Assembly: GCA_964479005.1 (NCBI GenBank)
Contig: CAYZJA010000001.1
Span: 96,001 to 160,000 of the forward strand
From: an uncultured Candidatus Saccharibacteria bacterium
Lineage (GTDB): Bacteria; Patescibacteriota; Minisyncoccia; UBA6257
Reading direction: 5' to 3'
Length of the DNA stretch: 64,000 bases
Below the pieces are notes generated by a model, which searched no databases, was not told the DNA's origin, and saw only the letters and a list, made by a program, of their open reading frames with translations. Of the stretch, positions 1 to 11,428 are shown piece after piece (within the stretch, counting starts at the first letter, position 1; the number at the start of each line of letters is the position of its first letter). A program made the position numbers and the translations under genes.

Positions 1-1429
1 TGAAAAAGATGGTCGGCGTTTTGGCATTAGGCCAGGCGATGAATTAGTTGTTAAATGGGAAGAAAAGCAAACAGAAATCGCAGTAGATACTACAGAATCT
101 TTGGTAAAAAAGGGAGAAATTGGAGTTTTTCGAGATATAACAAACAGGTACAAAATTAAACAAGGGGAATTTTTGGAATTAAAACTCGCAGGCCATGCGC
201 CTTCTCTTAAAATTATTCACAAAAAGCTAAATAGAAAGAAATTGTCTTATAAGGAAATGCATTCCTTGGTTTCAGATATAGCTAAGCATAGAATTAATGA
301 TTTAGAATTATCTTTTTTTATTGCTTCTGCTTTTGATGAAAAAAACTTTTCAAAAGAGGAGATTTATTATTTAACCAAAGCTATTAGTGAAACAGGGGAA
401 ATGATGAAATTTGGAAAAGTTGCGGCTGATAAACATTCTATCGGAGGAATTCCAGGTAATCGCGTAAGCCCCATAATAGTTGCCATTGTGGCAAGTCATG
501 GAATTACAATCCCAAAGACTTCTTCCAGAGCAATAACTTCCGCAGCAGGGACGGCAGATACAATGGAAGTGTTGGCGCCAGTGAGTTTTTCTTTAGATAA
601 AATAAAAAAGATTGTTAAAAAAACGAATGCTTGTTTAATTTGGGGAGGGGCTTTAAAATTAGCTCCTGCTGATGATAGGTTTATTAAAATTACTCGTCGA
701 TTAGGATTAGAACCTTATTCTAAAATGGTTGCTAGTATTATGTCTAAACAAGTAGCCACTGGAATTAATCATTTGGTTATAGATATGCCGATTGGCCCCA
801 CCGCAAAAATTTCAAGTGTAAAAGATATTCAGTTTGTTAAAAATTTATTCTTGTATTTAGCAAAAAGATTTAATATTAAAATTAAAATTGTTTCTCAAAA
901 AACGATGGGCCCTATAGGAAAAGGTGTTGGTCCTTGTTTGGAAGCAAGAGATGTATTGAGAGTTTTGCAACAAAAAGAAAACAGGCCAAAAGATTTAGAG
1001 AAAAAGGCCATATTATTATCAGGATATTTATTAGAATTAGTTGGGAAAGCAAAAAAAAGAAATGGGAAAAAATTAGCCGAGGAGAGTTTGCGATCAAAGA
1101 ATGCTTTTAAAAAAATGCAAGAGATTATAAAAGAACAGGGAGGGAATTCAAATATTGATTCTGAAGAGCTTCCTTTGGGTAAAGTCACTTATGAATTGAA
1201 ATCTTCTCAAAATGGTTTAGTTAAGTCTATTCATAATAAAAATCTGAACAAGATTTGTGGATTATTAGGTACGCCTTTGACTCAAGAGGCAGGGATTTAT
1301 TTAAATAAATCTATTGGAGAAAAAGTAAAAAAGAAAGATACTCTTTGTATTTTTTATACTGATAGCGAACAAAGGTTAATTTTAGCTAAGCACGCTTTGC
1401 AAAAATTGGAATTGTATAACATATCATAA
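1..1429 (+). CDS. AMP phosphorylase / thymidine phosphorylase family (glycosyltransferase family 3), 5' partial; the frame is open back to the window start, so the real N-terminus lies upstream
   Basis: Motifs HSIGGIPGNRVSPIIVAIVASHGITIPKTSSRAITSAAGTADTMEVL typical of the pyrimidine-nucleoside/AMP phosphorylase family. No in-frame stop between positions 2 and 101. The ORF tool start at 101 is a TTG. Confidence 0.6.
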   Translation, partial: EKDGRRFGIRPGDELVVKWEEKQTEIAVDTTESLVKKGEIGVFRDITNRYKIKQGEFLELKLAGHAPSLKIIHKKLNRKKLSYKEMHSLVSDIAKHRINDLELSFFIASAFDEKNFSKEEIYYLTKAISETGEMMKFGKVAADKHSIGGIPGNRVSPIIVAIVASHGITIPKTSSRAITSAAGTADTMEVLAPVSFSLDKIKKIVKKTNACLIWGGALKLAPADDRFIKITRRLGLEPYSKMVASIMSKQVATGINHLVIDMPIGPTAKISSVKDIQFVKNLFLYLAKRFNIKIKIVSQKTMGPIGKGVGPCLEARDVLRVLQQKENRPKDLEKKAILLSGYLLELVGKAKKRNGKKLAEESLRSKNAFKKMQEIIKEQGGNSNIDSEELPLGKVTYELKSSQNGLVKSIHNKNLNKICGLLGTPLTQEAGIYLNKSIGEKVKKKDTLCIFYTDSEQRLILAKHALQKLELYNIS

Positions 1430-1478
1430 GGTAGTATAATAATATATAGAAGGTCGATAATTTTAAAAAAATAAAAAT

Positions 1479-1844
1479 ATGATTTGGATACTTTATTTTC
1501 TTGTGGCTGTATGGGGAATTTTTGGGATTCTTATGCTTTTTGCTCCTAGAAAAGCAATAGGTTTAGCCTTAAAGTTTACTCATAGCGGTCCTTATTGGGT
1601 ATGGGGAATAATAGCTCTAATAATTGCTGTTTTGCTTTGGCAGTCTGCGAATTCACTAAGCACTCCTTTACCTATTCAGATTTTAGCAGTTTGGGCAGGT
1701 ATTAAAGGATTATTTACGTTACTTTTGCCAAAAAGCAAAATGAATCGCATGTTAAATTATTTCACTAGTATCTCAGATGTTTTTTTAAGAGTATTTGGTG
1801 TAGTTTTGTTGGTTTTAACTTACTACATCTTCATGCTGATTTAG
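1479..1844 (+). CDS. small hypothetical membrane protein (3-4 TM helices)
   Basis: Hydrophobic 121-aa ORF followed by an intrinsic terminator. Confidence 0.4.
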   Translation: MIWILYFLVAVWGIFGILMLFAPRKAIGLALKFTHSGPYWVWGIIALIIAVLLWQSANSLSTPLPIQILAVWAGIKGLFTLLLPKSKMNRMLNYFTSISDVFLRVFGVVLLVLTYYIFMLI

Positions 1845-1870
1845 GAAATTAATCATTAATAGAAATAAAG

Positions 1871-1906
1871 ATAGCAGGTATGTTTATCATGCCTGCTATT
1901 GTTTTT
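1871..1906 (+). terminator. rho-independent terminator
   Basis: Hairpin atagcagg...cctgctat followed by gttttt. Confidence 0.55.
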
Positions 1907-1960
1907 AAAAAAGATAAAAGAATGATACAATAAAATAAGTATATTTTAATTATTAAATTT

Positions 1961-2581
1961 ATGTTTGCAGAAGTTCCTTTGATTTTTCAGCTTATAATTC
2001 TTTTATTTTCTGTTGTTGTTCATGAAGTTTCTCATGGATTGGCTGCTTTACGTTTGGGCGACGACACAGCAGAAAAAATGGGACGTTTAACATTAAACCC
2101 ATTAAAACATTTAGATCCGATTGGGTCTGTTCTTGTTCCTTTGATGCTAGTTTTAATGAAATCAGGATTTATATTTGGTTGGGCTAAACCTGTTCCTTAT
2201 AATCCATTGAATCTTAAAATGCCGCGTCGTGATTCAGCTATATTGGCTTTTGCCGGACCAATGTCCAATTTTTGCTTGGCTCTTATTTTTGGATTGATTA
2301 TTAGAATAATAATTATAACTTCTTCGTTTGTATCGCTTTTGCCGTTTTTGATAGTTATAGTAAAGATTAATTTAATTTTAGGTATATTTAATTTACTACC
2401 GATCCCTCCATTAGATGGTTCAAAAATATTATTTTATTTTTTTCCATCCCGTGAATTAGAAATCTTTCTTCACCGATATGGCATCATTGTTTTGTTTCTT
2501 TTTATTATGTTTGCAGGGGCGATTATCTTTCCCATTATTAAGTTATTATTCTTGATTTTAACTGGAATCCCATTGGGCTGA
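1961..2581 (+). CDS. peptidase M50 / site-2 protease family zinc metalloprotease (membrane)
   Basis: HEVSH (HExxH) in a TM helix, polytopic membrane protein, LDG motif in a later TM segment. Confidence 0.6.
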   Translation: MFAEVPLIFQLIILLFSVVVHEVSHGLAALRLGDDTAEKMGRLTLNPLKHLDPIGSVLVPLMLVLMKSGFIFGWAKPVPYNPLNLKMPRRDSAILAFAGPMSNFCLALIFGLIIRIIIITSSFVSLLPFLIVIVKINLILGIFNLLPIPPLDGSKILFYFFPSRELEIFLHRYGIIVLFLFIMFAGAIIFPIIKLLFLILTGIPLG

Positions 2582-2610
2582 TTGACATAAAATGCCTTAT
2601 TTGCTAAACT
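2582..2610 (+). promoter_or_regulatory. sigma70-type promoter of the str operon (TTGACA-17-TAAACT)
   Basis: TTGACA at 2582, 17-bp spacer containing TTTGCTA, -10 TAAACT, immediately upstream of rpsL. Confidence 0.4.
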
Positions 2611-2620
2611 ATTTTTTGTT

Positions 2621-3034
2621 ATGCCTACTTTACATCAATTAATTAAAAAAGGGAGAAAATCAATTGTGAAGAAGAGCAAATCAGTTGCTCTGTCTTTTTC
2701 TTTTGATACTATAAAAAATAGGCCAAGCAATCATCCATCTTCTTTTAAAAAAGGTGTTTGCTTAAAAGTTTTTACAGCAACTCCAAAAAAGCCAAACTCC
2801 GCTTTACGAAAAGTAGCTAGAGTGAAATTAAGCAATGGCATGGAAGTTACCGCATATATTCCAGGAATAGGGCATAATTTACAGGAGCACTCAATAGTCT
2901 TAGTAAGAGGTGGAAGAGTAAAAGATTTGCCAGGAGTTCGTTATCATGTAGTTCGTGGCAAACATGATATTTCTGGAGTAGATGGAAGAAAACAGCAAAG
3001 AAGTAAATATGGAACAAAAAAAGCAAAAGAATAA
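2621..3034 (+). CDS. rpsL: 30S ribosomal protein S12, with a ~15-aa internal insertion relative to E. coli
   Basis: [11 protein letters not shown]...[15 protein letters not shown]...[29 protein letters not shown]. Confidence 0.95.
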   Translation: MPTLHQLIKKGRKSIVKKSKSVALSFSFDTIKNRPSNHPSSFKKGVCLKVFTATPKKPNSALRKVARVKLSNGMEVTAYIPGIGHNLQEHSIVLVRGGRVKDLPGVRYHVVRGKHDISGVDGRKQQRSKYGTKKAKE

Positions 3035-3043
3035 GCATCTATT

Positions 3044-3511
3044 ATGAGGAGAAAACATAGACAAGAAAAAGAATATGAACCAGATTTAATTTATAAAAGC
3101 GCTTTAGCGACGCGTTTTATTAATTATTTAATGAAAGATGGAAAAAAGTCAGTGGCGCAGAGAGTTCTTTATAACACAATGGAAAATATTAAAAAACAAA
3201 CTAAGCAAGATCCATTGAGTATTTTTGATTTAGCTATTAAAAATGTTTCACCAGAATTAGAAGTTAAAAGCAGAAGAATAGGAGGCGCTAATTATCAAGT
3301 TCCTCAAGCGGTTCCTGAATATAGAAAAACCACATTAGCTTGCCGTTGGATTATTAATATGGCCCGGGCTAAAAAAGGAAAAACAATGGCAGAAAGATTA
3401 GCAGAAGAATTAATTCTGGCTTCGAAAAACGAGGGAGCAGCTATAAAGAAAAAATTAGATATTCATCGTATGGCTGAGGCAAATCGCGCTTTTGCTCGTT
3501 TTCGTTTCTAA
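3044..3511 (+). CDS. rpsG: 30S ribosomal protein S7
   Basis: Conserved S7 sequence; position after rpsL. Confidence 0.95.
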   Translation: MRRKHRQEKEYEPDLIYKSALATRFINYLMKDGKKSVAQRVLYNTMENIKKQTKQDPLSIFDLAIKNVSPELEVKSRRIGGANYQVPQAVPEYRKTTLACRWIINMARAKKGKTMAERLAEELILASKNEGAAIKKKLDIHRMAEANRAFARFRF

Positions 3512-3521
3512 ATTTAATATC

Positions 3522-5630
3522 ATGACTAAAATATATCCTATAGATAAAATAAGGGACATTGGTTTTATAGCTCACATTGACGCTGGTAAGACTACCACTA
3601 CTGAGCGCGTTTTATTTTATACTGGAATATCCCATAAAATAGGAAATATAGATGACGGAGATACTGTGATGGATTGGATGGACCAAGAGAGAGAAAGAGG
3701 CATTACCATTACTTCTGCCGCCACTACTTGTTTTTGGATTCCTTCATATAGAAATCAAGATTCTAATTATGAACATCGAATAAATATTATTGATACTCCA
3801 GGGCATATTGATTTTACTGCTGAAGTGCAGCGATCTTTAAGGGTGCTTGATGGCGCAGTAGTCATTTTTGATGGAGTAGCTGGTGTGGAATCTCAATCTG
3901 AAACAGTTTGGCATCAAGCTGATAAATATAATGTTCCGAGGATGTGTTTTATTAATAAAATGGATAGAATAGGCGCTGATTTTTATAAAGGACTAAAATC
4001 TATTTATGAAAGATTAACTCCAAATGCCCAACCAATTAATATACCTATTGGAGCTGAAGATAAATTTGAAGGGATTGCTGATTTAATTACAATGAAAGCT
4101 GTGTATTTTGAAGGTGAAAAAGGTGAGAATATAATCACAAAAGAAATCCCTTCAGATTTACTGGATAAAGCCAAAGAATATAGAAAATTATTGATAGAAA
4201 AAGTAGTGGAGCAGGACGAAAAATTATTAGGCGAATATTTAGAAGGCAAAGAGCCAACAGAGGAAAAGATAAGAGAGATATTGAGAAAGATTACTATTAA
4301 AGGGGATATAGTTCCTGTTCTTTGCGGCGCTTCTTTTAAAAACAAAGGAGTGCAGCTTCTTATTGACGCGATTGTAGAATATTTGCCTTCTCCTAAAGAT
4401 GTTCCAGCTGTTGAAGGAATTCATCCTAAAACCGGAGAAAAAGTCATTTGTCCTCCAGATGATAAAAAACCTTTTGCTGCTTTGGTATTTAAGGTAGCGA
4501 ATGATCCTTATGTTGGTACATTAAGTTTTTTCCGGGTTTATTCTGGAGTGTTTAAAAAAGGCAATTATGTTCTTAATGCCACTAAATCAAGCCAAGAAAG
4601 GATTGGAAGATTATTGCAAATGCATTCTAATCGCCGTGAAGAATTAGATGTGATACGAGCAGGTGACATAGCGGCTACAGTTGGATTAAAAGATACAGGA
4701 ACAGGTGACACTTTGTGTGATATTAATTCACCTGTCATTTTAGAAAAGATTTTTTTCCCAGAACCTGTTATTTCAATAAAAGTAGAGCCACAGACAAAAT
4801 CTGACCAGGAAAAAATGTCTTTGGTATTAAAAAAATTAGCTGAAGAAGATCCAACTTTTCAAGTAAAAACTGATGAAGAAACTTCAGAAACAATCATATC
4901 GGGAATGGGTGAACTTCATTTGGAAATCTTGGTAGATAGAATGAAAAGAGAGTTTAATCTTAAAGTGGACACTGGAAAGCCTCAAGTGGCTTATAGAGAA
5001 ACAATTAAGAAAATTGTTGAAAGTGAAGGTAAGTATATTCGGCAATCTGGGGGACGCGGCCAATATGGCCATGTTGTATTGAGATTAGAGCCATTAGAAA
5101 GAGGAAAGGGGTTTGAATTTGTTGATAGTATTAAAGGTGGAGATATTCCTAAAGAATTTATTCCTGCAGTACGAAAGGGAATAGAACAAGCTTTGGAAAA
5201 AGGTATTTTAGCGGGTTATCCAATGTCTGATGTAAGAGTTGCGCTTTATGATGGATCTTTCCATGATGTGGATTCTTCAGATTTTGCTTTCAAGATTGCT
5301 GGTTCTATGGCTTTTCAAGATGGAGCAAAAAGAGCTAATCCCGTTCTTTTAGAGCCAATAATGAAATTAGAAGTTGTGGTGCCTGAAAAATTCTTAGGTG
5401 ATGTTGTGGGTGATTTGAGTTCTAAAAGAGGCCTTGTAGAAAGCATGCATGATAGAGGGGTCATGAAAGTAATTGACGCTAAAGTTCCTTTAGCTGAAAT
5501 GTTTGGTTTTGCTACAAAATTACGTTCTATGACTGAAGGCAGAGGTACGTTTACCATGGAGTTCTTCTGCTATAAAGAAGTTCCTTCTAATATAACCGAG
5601 GAGATAATGGGTAAACAGTCTGCGGCTTGA
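3522..5630 (+). CDS. fusA: elongation factor G (start moved to [25 protein letters not shown]; the ORF tool start at 3492 overlaps rpsG)
   Basis: G-domain [17 protein letters not shown]; ~700 aa; str operon context. Confidence 0.95.
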   Translation: MTKIYPIDKIRDIGFIAHIDAGKTTTTERVLFYTGISHKIGNIDDGDTVMDWMDQERERGITITSAATTCFWIPSYRNQDSNYEHRINIIDTPGHIDFTAEVQRSLRVLDGAVVIFDGVAGVESQSETVWHQADKYNVPRMCFINKMDRIGADFYKGLKSIYERLTPNAQPINIPIGAEDKFEGIADLITMKAVYFEGEKGENIITKEIPSDLLDKAKEYRKLLIEKVVEQDEKLLGEYLEGKEPTEEKIREILRKITIKGDIVPVLCGASFKNKGVQLLIDAIVEYLPSPKDVPAVEGIHPKTGEKVICPPDDKKPFAALVFKVANDPYVGTLSFFRVYSGVFKKGNYVLNATKSSQERIGRLLQMHSNRREELDVIRAGDIAATVGLKDTGTGDTLCDINSPVILEKIFFPEPVISIKVEPQTKSDQEKMSLVLKKLAEEDPTFQVKTDEETSETIISGMGELHLEILVDRMKREFNLKVDTGKPQVAYRETIKKIVESEGKYIRQSGGRGQYGHVVLRLEPLERGKGFEFVDSIKGGDIPKEFIPAVRKGIEQALEKGILAGYPMSDVRVALYDGSFHDVDSSDFAFKIAGSMAFQDGAKRANPVLLEPIMKLEVVVPEKFLGDVVGDLSSKRGLVESMHDRGVMKVIDAKVPLAEMFGFATKLRSMTEGRGTFTMEFFCYKEVPSNITEEIMGKQSAA

Positions 5631-5749
5631 CAATGAATTAGTTATGCCTTAATATTGTAGATACAAAGGTAATCCGCCATTTACCAGTCAGTGAAGGCGG
5701 AGAAAAATAAAAAAAACAATAAAAATAATAAAAATTAAAATTAAAAAAC

Positions 5750-6949
5750 ATGGCAGAAAAAGAGAAATTTGTTCGTGGAAAAACACATATGAATGTAGGA
5801 ACCATTGGTCATATTGATCATGGTAAAACTACCTTAACAGCAGCTATTTCACATGCGCTTCACCTGAAAGGTTTAGCGAAGAAGGCCCTTAATGTTGCTG
5901 AAATTGATAAGGCTCCTGAAGAAAAAGCCCGTGGTATTACCATTAACGTTCATCATTCCGAGTATGAAACTGAAAAAAGGCATTATGCTCATATCGATTG
6001 TCCAGGACATATTGATTATATTAAAAATATGGTCACTGGATCAGCGCAAATGGATGGCGCCATCCTAGTAGTTTCTGCTCCTGATGGCCCTATGCCGCAA
6101 ACATTTGAGCATATTCTTTTAGCTCGTCAAGTTGGAGTTCCTGCAATGGTAGTCTTTTTGAATAAAACAGACATGGTTCAGGATAAAGAATTATTGGAAT
6201 TAGTGGAAACTGAGATAAGGGAACTTTTAACTAAGAATGGTTATCCTGGAAATGATGTTCCTATAATAAAGGGATCATCTTTAAAAGCATTGGATGCTAA
6301 ATCTGTTGATGATACTGAAATAAAGCCAATATTTGAATTAATAGATGCGCTTGATTCTTATTTCCCTGATCCAGTAAGGGATACAGATAAACCATTTCTT
6401 ATGCCTATTGAAGATATATTCTCTATAGAAGGACGTGGTACTGTAGCTACTGGAAGAGTTGAAAGAGGAAGAATTAATATCAATGATGAAGTAGAAATTA
6501 TAGGATATCATCCAACAGTAAAAACTGTTGTGACTGGCCTTGAAATGTTTAATAAATCTCTTGATGAAAGCCAAGCTGGAGATAACGTAGGCGTTCTATT
6601 AAGAGGAACTAAGAAAGAAGAAATAAGGAGAGGCCAAGTATTAGCTAAGCCAGGTTCTATTACTCCTCATACAGAGTTTGAAGCAGAGGTTTATATCTTA
6701 GCCAAAGAAGAAGGCGGAAGGCATACGCCGTTCTTTAGTGGCTATAAGCCCCAATTCTTTATTCGCACAGCTGATGTTACAGGAGAAGTTACTCTTCCTG
6801 AAGGAGTAGAAATGGTTATGCCTGGCGATAATGTAAAGTTTAAAGTTAAATTAATTGCTCCAGTTGCGTTAGACGATACTTCTCGTTTTGCCATTAGAGA
6901 AGGTGGACGAACTGTAGGTGCTGGAGTTGTTACAAAAATTATAAAGTAA
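5750..6949 (+). CDS. tuf: elongation factor Tu
   Basis: [26 protein letters not shown]; 399 aa. Confidence 0.97.
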   Translation: MAEKEKFVRGKTHMNVGTIGHIDHGKTTLTAAISHALHLKGLAKKALNVAEIDKAPEEKARGITINVHHSEYETEKRHYAHIDCPGHIDYIKNMVTGSAQMDGAILVVSAPDGPMPQTFEHILLARQVGVPAMVVFLNKTDMVQDKELLELVETEIRELLTKNGYPGNDVPIIKGSSLKALDAKSVDDTEIKPIFELIDALDSYFPDPVRDTDKPFLMPIEDIFSIEGRGTVATGRVERGRININDEVEIIGYHPTVKTVVTGLEMFNKSLDESQAGDNVGVLLRGTKKEEIRRGQVLAKPGSITPHTEFEAEVYILAKEEGGRHTPFFSGYKPQFFIRTADVTGEVTLPEGVEMVMPGDNVKFKVKLIAPVALDDTSRFAIREGGRTVGAGVVTKIIK

Positions 6950-6959
6950 AGAATTTATC

Positions 6960-7286
6960 GTGCCTACTTCTAAGACCGAGATTCAACAGAAGATTAGAAT
7001 TAAAATAAAGGGCTATGATCATCGGATCCTTGACAACTCTTGTCAGCAAATTATTGAGACTGTAATGAGATATGGCAGCGAAGCTATTGGTCCAATCCCT
7101 TTGCCAACCGAAATTCATCGTTATACAGTGAATAGGGCTACTTTTGTTAAAAAGGATGCCAGGGAGCAGTTTGAAATCAGGATTCATAAAAGATTGATAG
7201 AAATTCCTAATCCTAATCAGAAAATTATTGAAGCCCTTACAAGTTTAGATTTGCCGGCAGGAGTAGATATAGAAATAAAGATGTAA
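6960..7286 (+). CDS. rpsJ: 30S ribosomal protein S10 (GTG start)
   Basis: [16 protein letters not shown]... S10 signature. Confidence 0.95.
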   Translation: MPTSKTEIQQKIRIKIKGYDHRILDNSCQQIIETVMRYGSEAIGPIPLPTEIHRYTVNRATFVKKDAREQFEIRIHKRLIEIPNPNQKIIEALTSLDLPAGVDIEIKM

Positions 7287-7299
7287 AATCAGCACAGCT

Positions 7300-7345
7300 A
7301 GTCTATAGCGGTAACCTTGAGGAAAACTGGGCTAGTGCCCAGTTT
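7300..7345 (+). promoter_or_regulatory. stable hairpin between rpsJ and rplC (AACTGGGC-tagt-GCCCAGTT followed by TTTT); possible attenuator or processing site
   Basis: 8-bp GC-rich perfect stem then U-run, inside the operon. Confidence 0.3.
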
Positions 7346-7360
7346 TTCAATGTCAAATTT

Positions 7361-7960
7361 ATGAAATTTATATTAGCTAAAAAATTGAAAATGTCGCAGG
7401 TTTTTGATAGCGAAGAAAAAGTTATTCCAGTAACTATTTTAGAGGCTGGTCCTGTTAAAATTACACAAATAAAAACCGAAGATAAAGATGGTTATGAAGC
7501 TATTCAGATTGGCTATGGGCATAAAAAAAATCAAACAAAAGCTTTGGCCGGGCACTTAAAGGATTTAGGAAAGTTTTCTTGGCTAGCAGAAATTCATGGA
7601 AAGGTTTCTGATTACAAAGTTGGTGATGAAATTAAGGTAGATATTTTTAAAGAAGGGGATAAAGTAATAGTAATAGGAAAAAGTAAGGGAAAGGGCTTTC
7701 AGGGCGTGGTTAAAAGACATGGATTTAGAGGTTCTCCTGCAAGCCACGGAACAAAAGATAGATTGAGAGCGCCTGGATCAATTGGCGCTACTGGGCTTCA
7801 TCGTGTAGTAAAGGGCAAAAAAATGGCGGGCAGAATGGGCCAGGATCAGTTGACATTAAAAAAAATAGAGGTTATAAAAGTTGATTCAGAAAAAGGTCTT
7901 CTTTATTTGAAAGGAGCTATTCCCGGCAGAAGAGGTTCATTAATAAAAGTTATGGGATAA
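7361..7960 (+). CDS. rplC: 50S ribosomal protein L3
   Basis: Sequence similarity to L3; S10 operon order. Confidence 0.95.
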   Translation: MKFILAKKLKMSQVFDSEEKVIPVTILEAGPVKITQIKTEDKDGYEAIQIGYGHKKNQTKALAGHLKDLGKFSWLAEIHGKVSDYKVGDEIKVDIFKEGDKVIVIGKSKGKGFQGVVKRHGFRGSPASHGTKDRLRAPGSIGATGLHRVVKGKKMAGRMGQDQLTLKKIEVIKVDSEKGLLYLKGAIPGRRGSLIKVMG

Positions 7961-7965
7961 AAGAT

Positions 7966-8598
7966 ATGAAAGCGCCTATTTACAATTTAAAAGGAAAGAC
8001 ATTAAAAAAGATTGAGTTATCTGAGGATATTTTTGGTAAGAAGATTAATAATAATCTTGTTCACCAGGTTTATACAAGCCTTTTAAGCAATCGACGAAAA
8101 CCATTAGCTTTTAGTAAAGACAGGTCAGAAGTGAGAGGTGGAGGAAAAAAGCCATGGAGGCAAAAAGGGACAGGAAGGGCCAGGCATGGCTCTATTCGTT
8201 CTCCTTTATGGAAAGGAGGTGGGGTGACATTTGGTCCGAGAGCAAAAGAAAGAGATTTTAAAAAGAAGATAAATAAAAAGATAAAAAAGGACGCTATTAA
8301 AATGGTTCTTTCCCAGAAGTTTAGAGATGGGGAGATTAAAATAATTGAGGATATCGATTTAAAGGAACATAAAACCAGCCAAATGGATAAATTTTTTAGA
8401 AGCCTTTTAAAAATAGAAAAGAAATTTCCAAAAGTTTTGTTTTTAATTGACTCAAAAAATGAGGTATTACGAAAGAGTGCGAAAAATCTACCCTATATTA
8501 AAATTATGAATGCTGAGAATATTGATTTGATAGAAATATTAAATAATAAATATTTGGTGATATCAAAAAATATTTTGCCAATGATAGAGATTAAGTAA
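7966..8598 (+). CDS. rplD: 50S ribosomal protein L4
   Basis: S10 operon order; L4-like sequence. Confidence 0.9.
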   Translation: MKAPIYNLKGKTLKKIELSEDIFGKKINNNLVHQVYTSLLSNRRKPLAFSKDRSEVRGGGKKPWRQKGTGRARHGSIRSPLWKGGGVTFGPRAKERDFKKKINKKIKKDAIKMVLSQKFRDGEIKIIEDIDLKEHKTSQMDKFFRSLLKIEKKFPKVLFLIDSKNEVLRKSAKNLPYIKIMNAENIDLIEILNNKYLVISKNILPMIEIK

Positions 8599-8606
8599 AT
8601 AAATTT

Positions 8607-9065
8607 ATGGGTATTTTGAATATTTTTAAAAATAAGAACCTTTTTCGTTCTACTCAAAAGAACCTTGTTTCTCGTGATGCTCGAAATAAGAAAATCGAAG
8701 AAAAAAAGGTTGAGAAAGAGAAAACCAAAAAGCCAGTAGCAGAAGAAAAGAAAGTTGAAATAAAAGGGAAGATTGTTTTAGAAGGATCCTCTTCGGCATT
8801 GTTGATTAATCCTTATTTGAGCGAAAAGTCTACTAGTTTAAGAGAGCAAGAAAATAAATATATTTTTAAAGTTAGCCCTAGAGCGACAAAAAACGAAATA
8901 AAAAAACTTTTAGAAAATATTTACAATGTGGAGGTAACCAAGATTAATGTAATAAATACCCCTGCTAAGCCTAAAAGATGGAGACAGAAAAAAAGATATT
9001 TTAACAGGAGTAAAAAAATGATGGTTACCATAAAGAAAGGCCAAAAAATAGAATTAGGAATATGA
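8607..9065 (+). CDS. rplW: 50S ribosomal protein L23 with a ~55-aa Lys-rich N-terminal extension
   Basis: C-terminal half matches L23; the extension carries two copies of the aagaacctt(gtt) motif (see findings). Confidence 0.85.
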   Translation: MGILNIFKNKNLFRSTQKNLVSRDARNKKIEEKKVEKEKTKKPVAEEKKVEIKGKIVLEGSSSALLINPYLSEKSTSLREQENKYIFKVSPRATKNEIKKLLENIYNVEVTKINVINTPAKPKRWRQKKRYFNRSKKMMVTIKKGQKIELGI

Positions 9066-9898
9066 TAAAAAGATATAAACCAACAACACCATCTCGTCGC
9101 CACTATACTGTTTCTGATTATTCAGTTTTAACTAGTGAAAAGCCTTTTAAAAGACTAACTTCTTCTAAAAAAAGAAGCGTTGGGAGATCTAAAGGAAGAA
9201 TAACGGTTCGGCATAAAGGTGGCGGCAACAAGAAACTGCATAGAGAGATTGTTTTTGGCGAGCAAAAAAAAGGAGTTCCGGGAATAATAAAGACCATAGA
9301 ATATGATCCTTACCGCTCTGCATTTATCTCATTGGTATCTTATAAAGACGGCGATTGGCGCTATATTTTATCTCCACATAATTTGAAAGTTGGGGATGAA
9401 ATTATTTGTGATGAAAAAACGCCTTTTAAGAAAGGAAATAGATTGCAATTAAAAAATATTCCAGTCGGAAGCTTGATACATAATATAGAAATTAGAGTAG
9501 GCGCTGGAGGAAGACTAGCTAAGTCAGCAGGATCTTCTGCGCAAGTTATAACCCAAGATGGAAAACATACCCATCTTAAAATGCCTTCATCAGAAATAAG
9601 GAAGATATTGGATGTTTGCTATGCGTCAATTGGGCAACTTTCTAATGTTGAACATGGAATGGTAAGCATTGGAAAAGCAGGAAGGGCGCGTCATATGGGA
9701 AGAAGGCCCAAAGTAAGAGGAACGGCAATGAATCCTGTAGATCATCCATATGGTGGCGGAGAAGGAAAAACGCAAAGAGGAACAAAAAGGCCAAAAAGCA
9801 TTTATGGTAAAGTTACTGGTGGCGTAAAAACAAGAAAGAAGAAAAAATATTCTAATAAGTTTATTATAAAAAAGCGAAAGAAAAAACGTAAAAAATAA
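9062..9898 (+). CDS. rplB: 50S ribosomal protein L2 (poly-Lys C-terminal tail)
   Basis: L2 signature; ATGA overlap with rplW. Confidence 0.95.
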   Translation: MIKRYKPTTPSRRHYTVSDYSVLTSEKPFKRLTSSKKRSVGRSKGRITVRHKGGGNKKLHREIVFGEQKKGVPGIIKTIEYDPYRSAFISLVSYKDGDWRYILSPHNLKVGDEIICDEKTPFKKGNRLQLKNIPVGSLIHNIEIRVGAGGRLAKSAGSSAQVITQDGKHTHLKMPSSEIRKILDVCYASIGQLSNVEHGMVSIGKAGRARHMGRRPKVRGTAMNPVDHPYGGGEGKTQRGTKRPKSIYGKVTGGVKTRKKKKYSNKFIIKKRKKKRKK

Positions 9899-9902
9899 TA
9901 TT

Positions 9903-10232
9903 ATGTCTCGTTCACTAAAAAAAGGCCCATACGTTCATCCAAAATTGTTAAAGAAACTCTCCAAGATAAAGATAGGAGATAAAACTCCTATTAAAACTTG
10001 GTCTAGAGATTCAATAATTACACCAGAAATGGTTGGTTTTGTTTTCGCCGTGCATAATGGTAAAGATTTTATTGAGGTAGAAACAAGAGAAGAAATGGTT
10101 GGGCATCATTTAGGGGAATTTTCTTTAACAAGAAAGTTTTTTAAACATGGTGGAAAAATGCAAAAAGAATTGGAAGCAAAAGCAAGGGTTTCAGAAAAAA
10201 CATCAGCGTCTGCGCAAAGTGAAAAAAAATAA
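9903..10232 (+). CDS. rpsS: 30S ribosomal protein S19
   Basis: [10 protein letters not shown]... S19 signature. Confidence 0.95.
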   Translation: MSRSLKKGPYVHPKLLKKLSKIKIGDKTPIKTWSRDSIITPEMVGFVFAVHNGKDFIEVETREEMVGHHLGEFSLTRKFFKHGGKMQKELEAKARVSEKTSASAQSEKK

Positions 10233-10251
10233 ATATTTAGCAGAATAAATT

Positions 10252-10764
10252 ATGGAAGTTAAAGCCTCTTTAAAATATTTAAGAATTAGTCCTCGGAAAG
10301 TCCGATTACTCACAAATTTAATAAAAGGGCTATCTGTTAAAAGCGCAGAAGCTAATTTGCTTCATATTTCTAAGAAAAGCAGCAAGCCTTTGTTAAAATT
10401 ATTAAGATCTGCTATAGCTAATGCTAAACATAATTTTGATTTAGATAAAGACAATCTTTTTATTAGGGCTATTAGAGTAGATGAAGGGCCGGCTTTTAAG
10501 AGGTTCCGTCCTAGAGCGCGTGGAGCAGCTTATCCAATAAGAAAAAGAACCTCACATATCTTTCTTACCTTAAAGGAAATAAAAGAAAAGGAAACTAAAA
10601 CAAAAAAAGAAGTTAAAGATGTTAAACATGAGAAGGAGATAAAAGAGAAAAAAGCTCGAGTAAAAAGTTCCGCTTTTGTAAAAAAACCAGAGTTTAAAAA
10701 AGAAGAAAAAATAATAAAGAGATCTGCTCAAAAACAAAGAATATTTCGTCGTAAAGCAATTTAA
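10252..10764 (+). CDS. rplV: 50S ribosomal protein L22 with a Lys/Glu-rich C-terminal extension
   Basis: L22 core plus ~55-aa charged tail. Confidence 0.9.
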   Translation: MEVKASLKYLRISPRKVRLLTNLIKGLSVKSAEANLLHISKKSSKPLLKLLRSAIANAKHNFDLDKDNLFIRAIRVDEGPAFKRFRPRARGAAYPIRKRTSHIFLTLKEIKEKETKTKKEVKDVKHEKEIKEKKARVKSSAFVKKPEFKKEEKIIKRSAQKQRIFRRKAI

Positions 10765-10772
10765 ATATTGAT

Positions 10773-11420
10773 ATGGGTCAAAAAATTAATCCAAAATCTT
10801 TTAGGATAGGTATTAACAAGGGATGGCATTCCCGTTGGTTTAATTTAAAAGAATCCCCAAAATTATTGGAACAGGATTATAAAATTCGTGAATTTATTTA
10901 TAAAAAAGCTAAAACATGCAGGATAGAAAGCGTGGATATTGAAAGAAAAGCCGGTGATATTAAAATTATTATTAAAACTGCTCGTCCCGGATTATTGATT
11001 GGCCGTCAGGGTAAAGGCATAGAAGATATTCAAAAAGGATTAGCAAAGTTATTAAAGATCAAATCGCGTATTGATATTTCAATTGAAGAAGTTAAACATC
11101 CGGAAATATCTGGGGAGATTGTAGCTCAAAGCATTGCTGAAGATATAGAAAAGAGAATGCCATACAGAAGAGTCCTAAAGCAATATATAACCAAAGTAAT
11201 ACAGCGTAAAGAGGTCTTGGGTGTGAAAATTATGCTTTCAGGCAGGTTAGACGGAACAGAGATTGCACGTAATGAATGGCTAAAAGAAGGAAAATTGCCC
11301 TTATCAACTATTAGGGCAGATATTGATTATGGTTTTACTGAAGCGCGTTGTACTTATGGAACAATAGGAATAAAAGTATGGATTTATAAAGGAGAAAAGT
11401 TTTCAGATATTAATAAATAG
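10773..11420 (+). CDS. rpsC: 30S ribosomal protein S3
   Basis: MGQKINP... KH domain. Confidence 0.95.
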   Translation: MGQKINPKSFRIGINKGWHSRWFNLKESPKLLEQDYKIREFIYKKAKTCRIESVDIERKAGDIKIIIKTARPGLLIGRQGKGIEDIQKGLAKLLKIKSRIDISIEEVKHPEISGEIVAQSIAEDIEKRMPYRRVLKQYITKVIQRKEVLGVKIMLSGRLDGTEIARNEWLKEGKLPLSTIRADIDYGFTEARCTYGTIGIKVWIYKGEKFSDINK

Positions 11421-11428
11421 TAATTCTT

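Noticed and set aside
895-1188. Minus-strand ORFs nested inside well-supported plus-strand genes (for example 895-1188, 4004-4345, 6338-6574, 12669-12917, 15504-15812, 16442-16888, 23473-23883, 32853-33200, 50649-50939, 51138-51357)
   Set aside because: Each lies antisense within a conserved housekeeping or otherwise coherent gene, has low-complexity AT-driven composition and no RBS. They are typical shadow ORFs.
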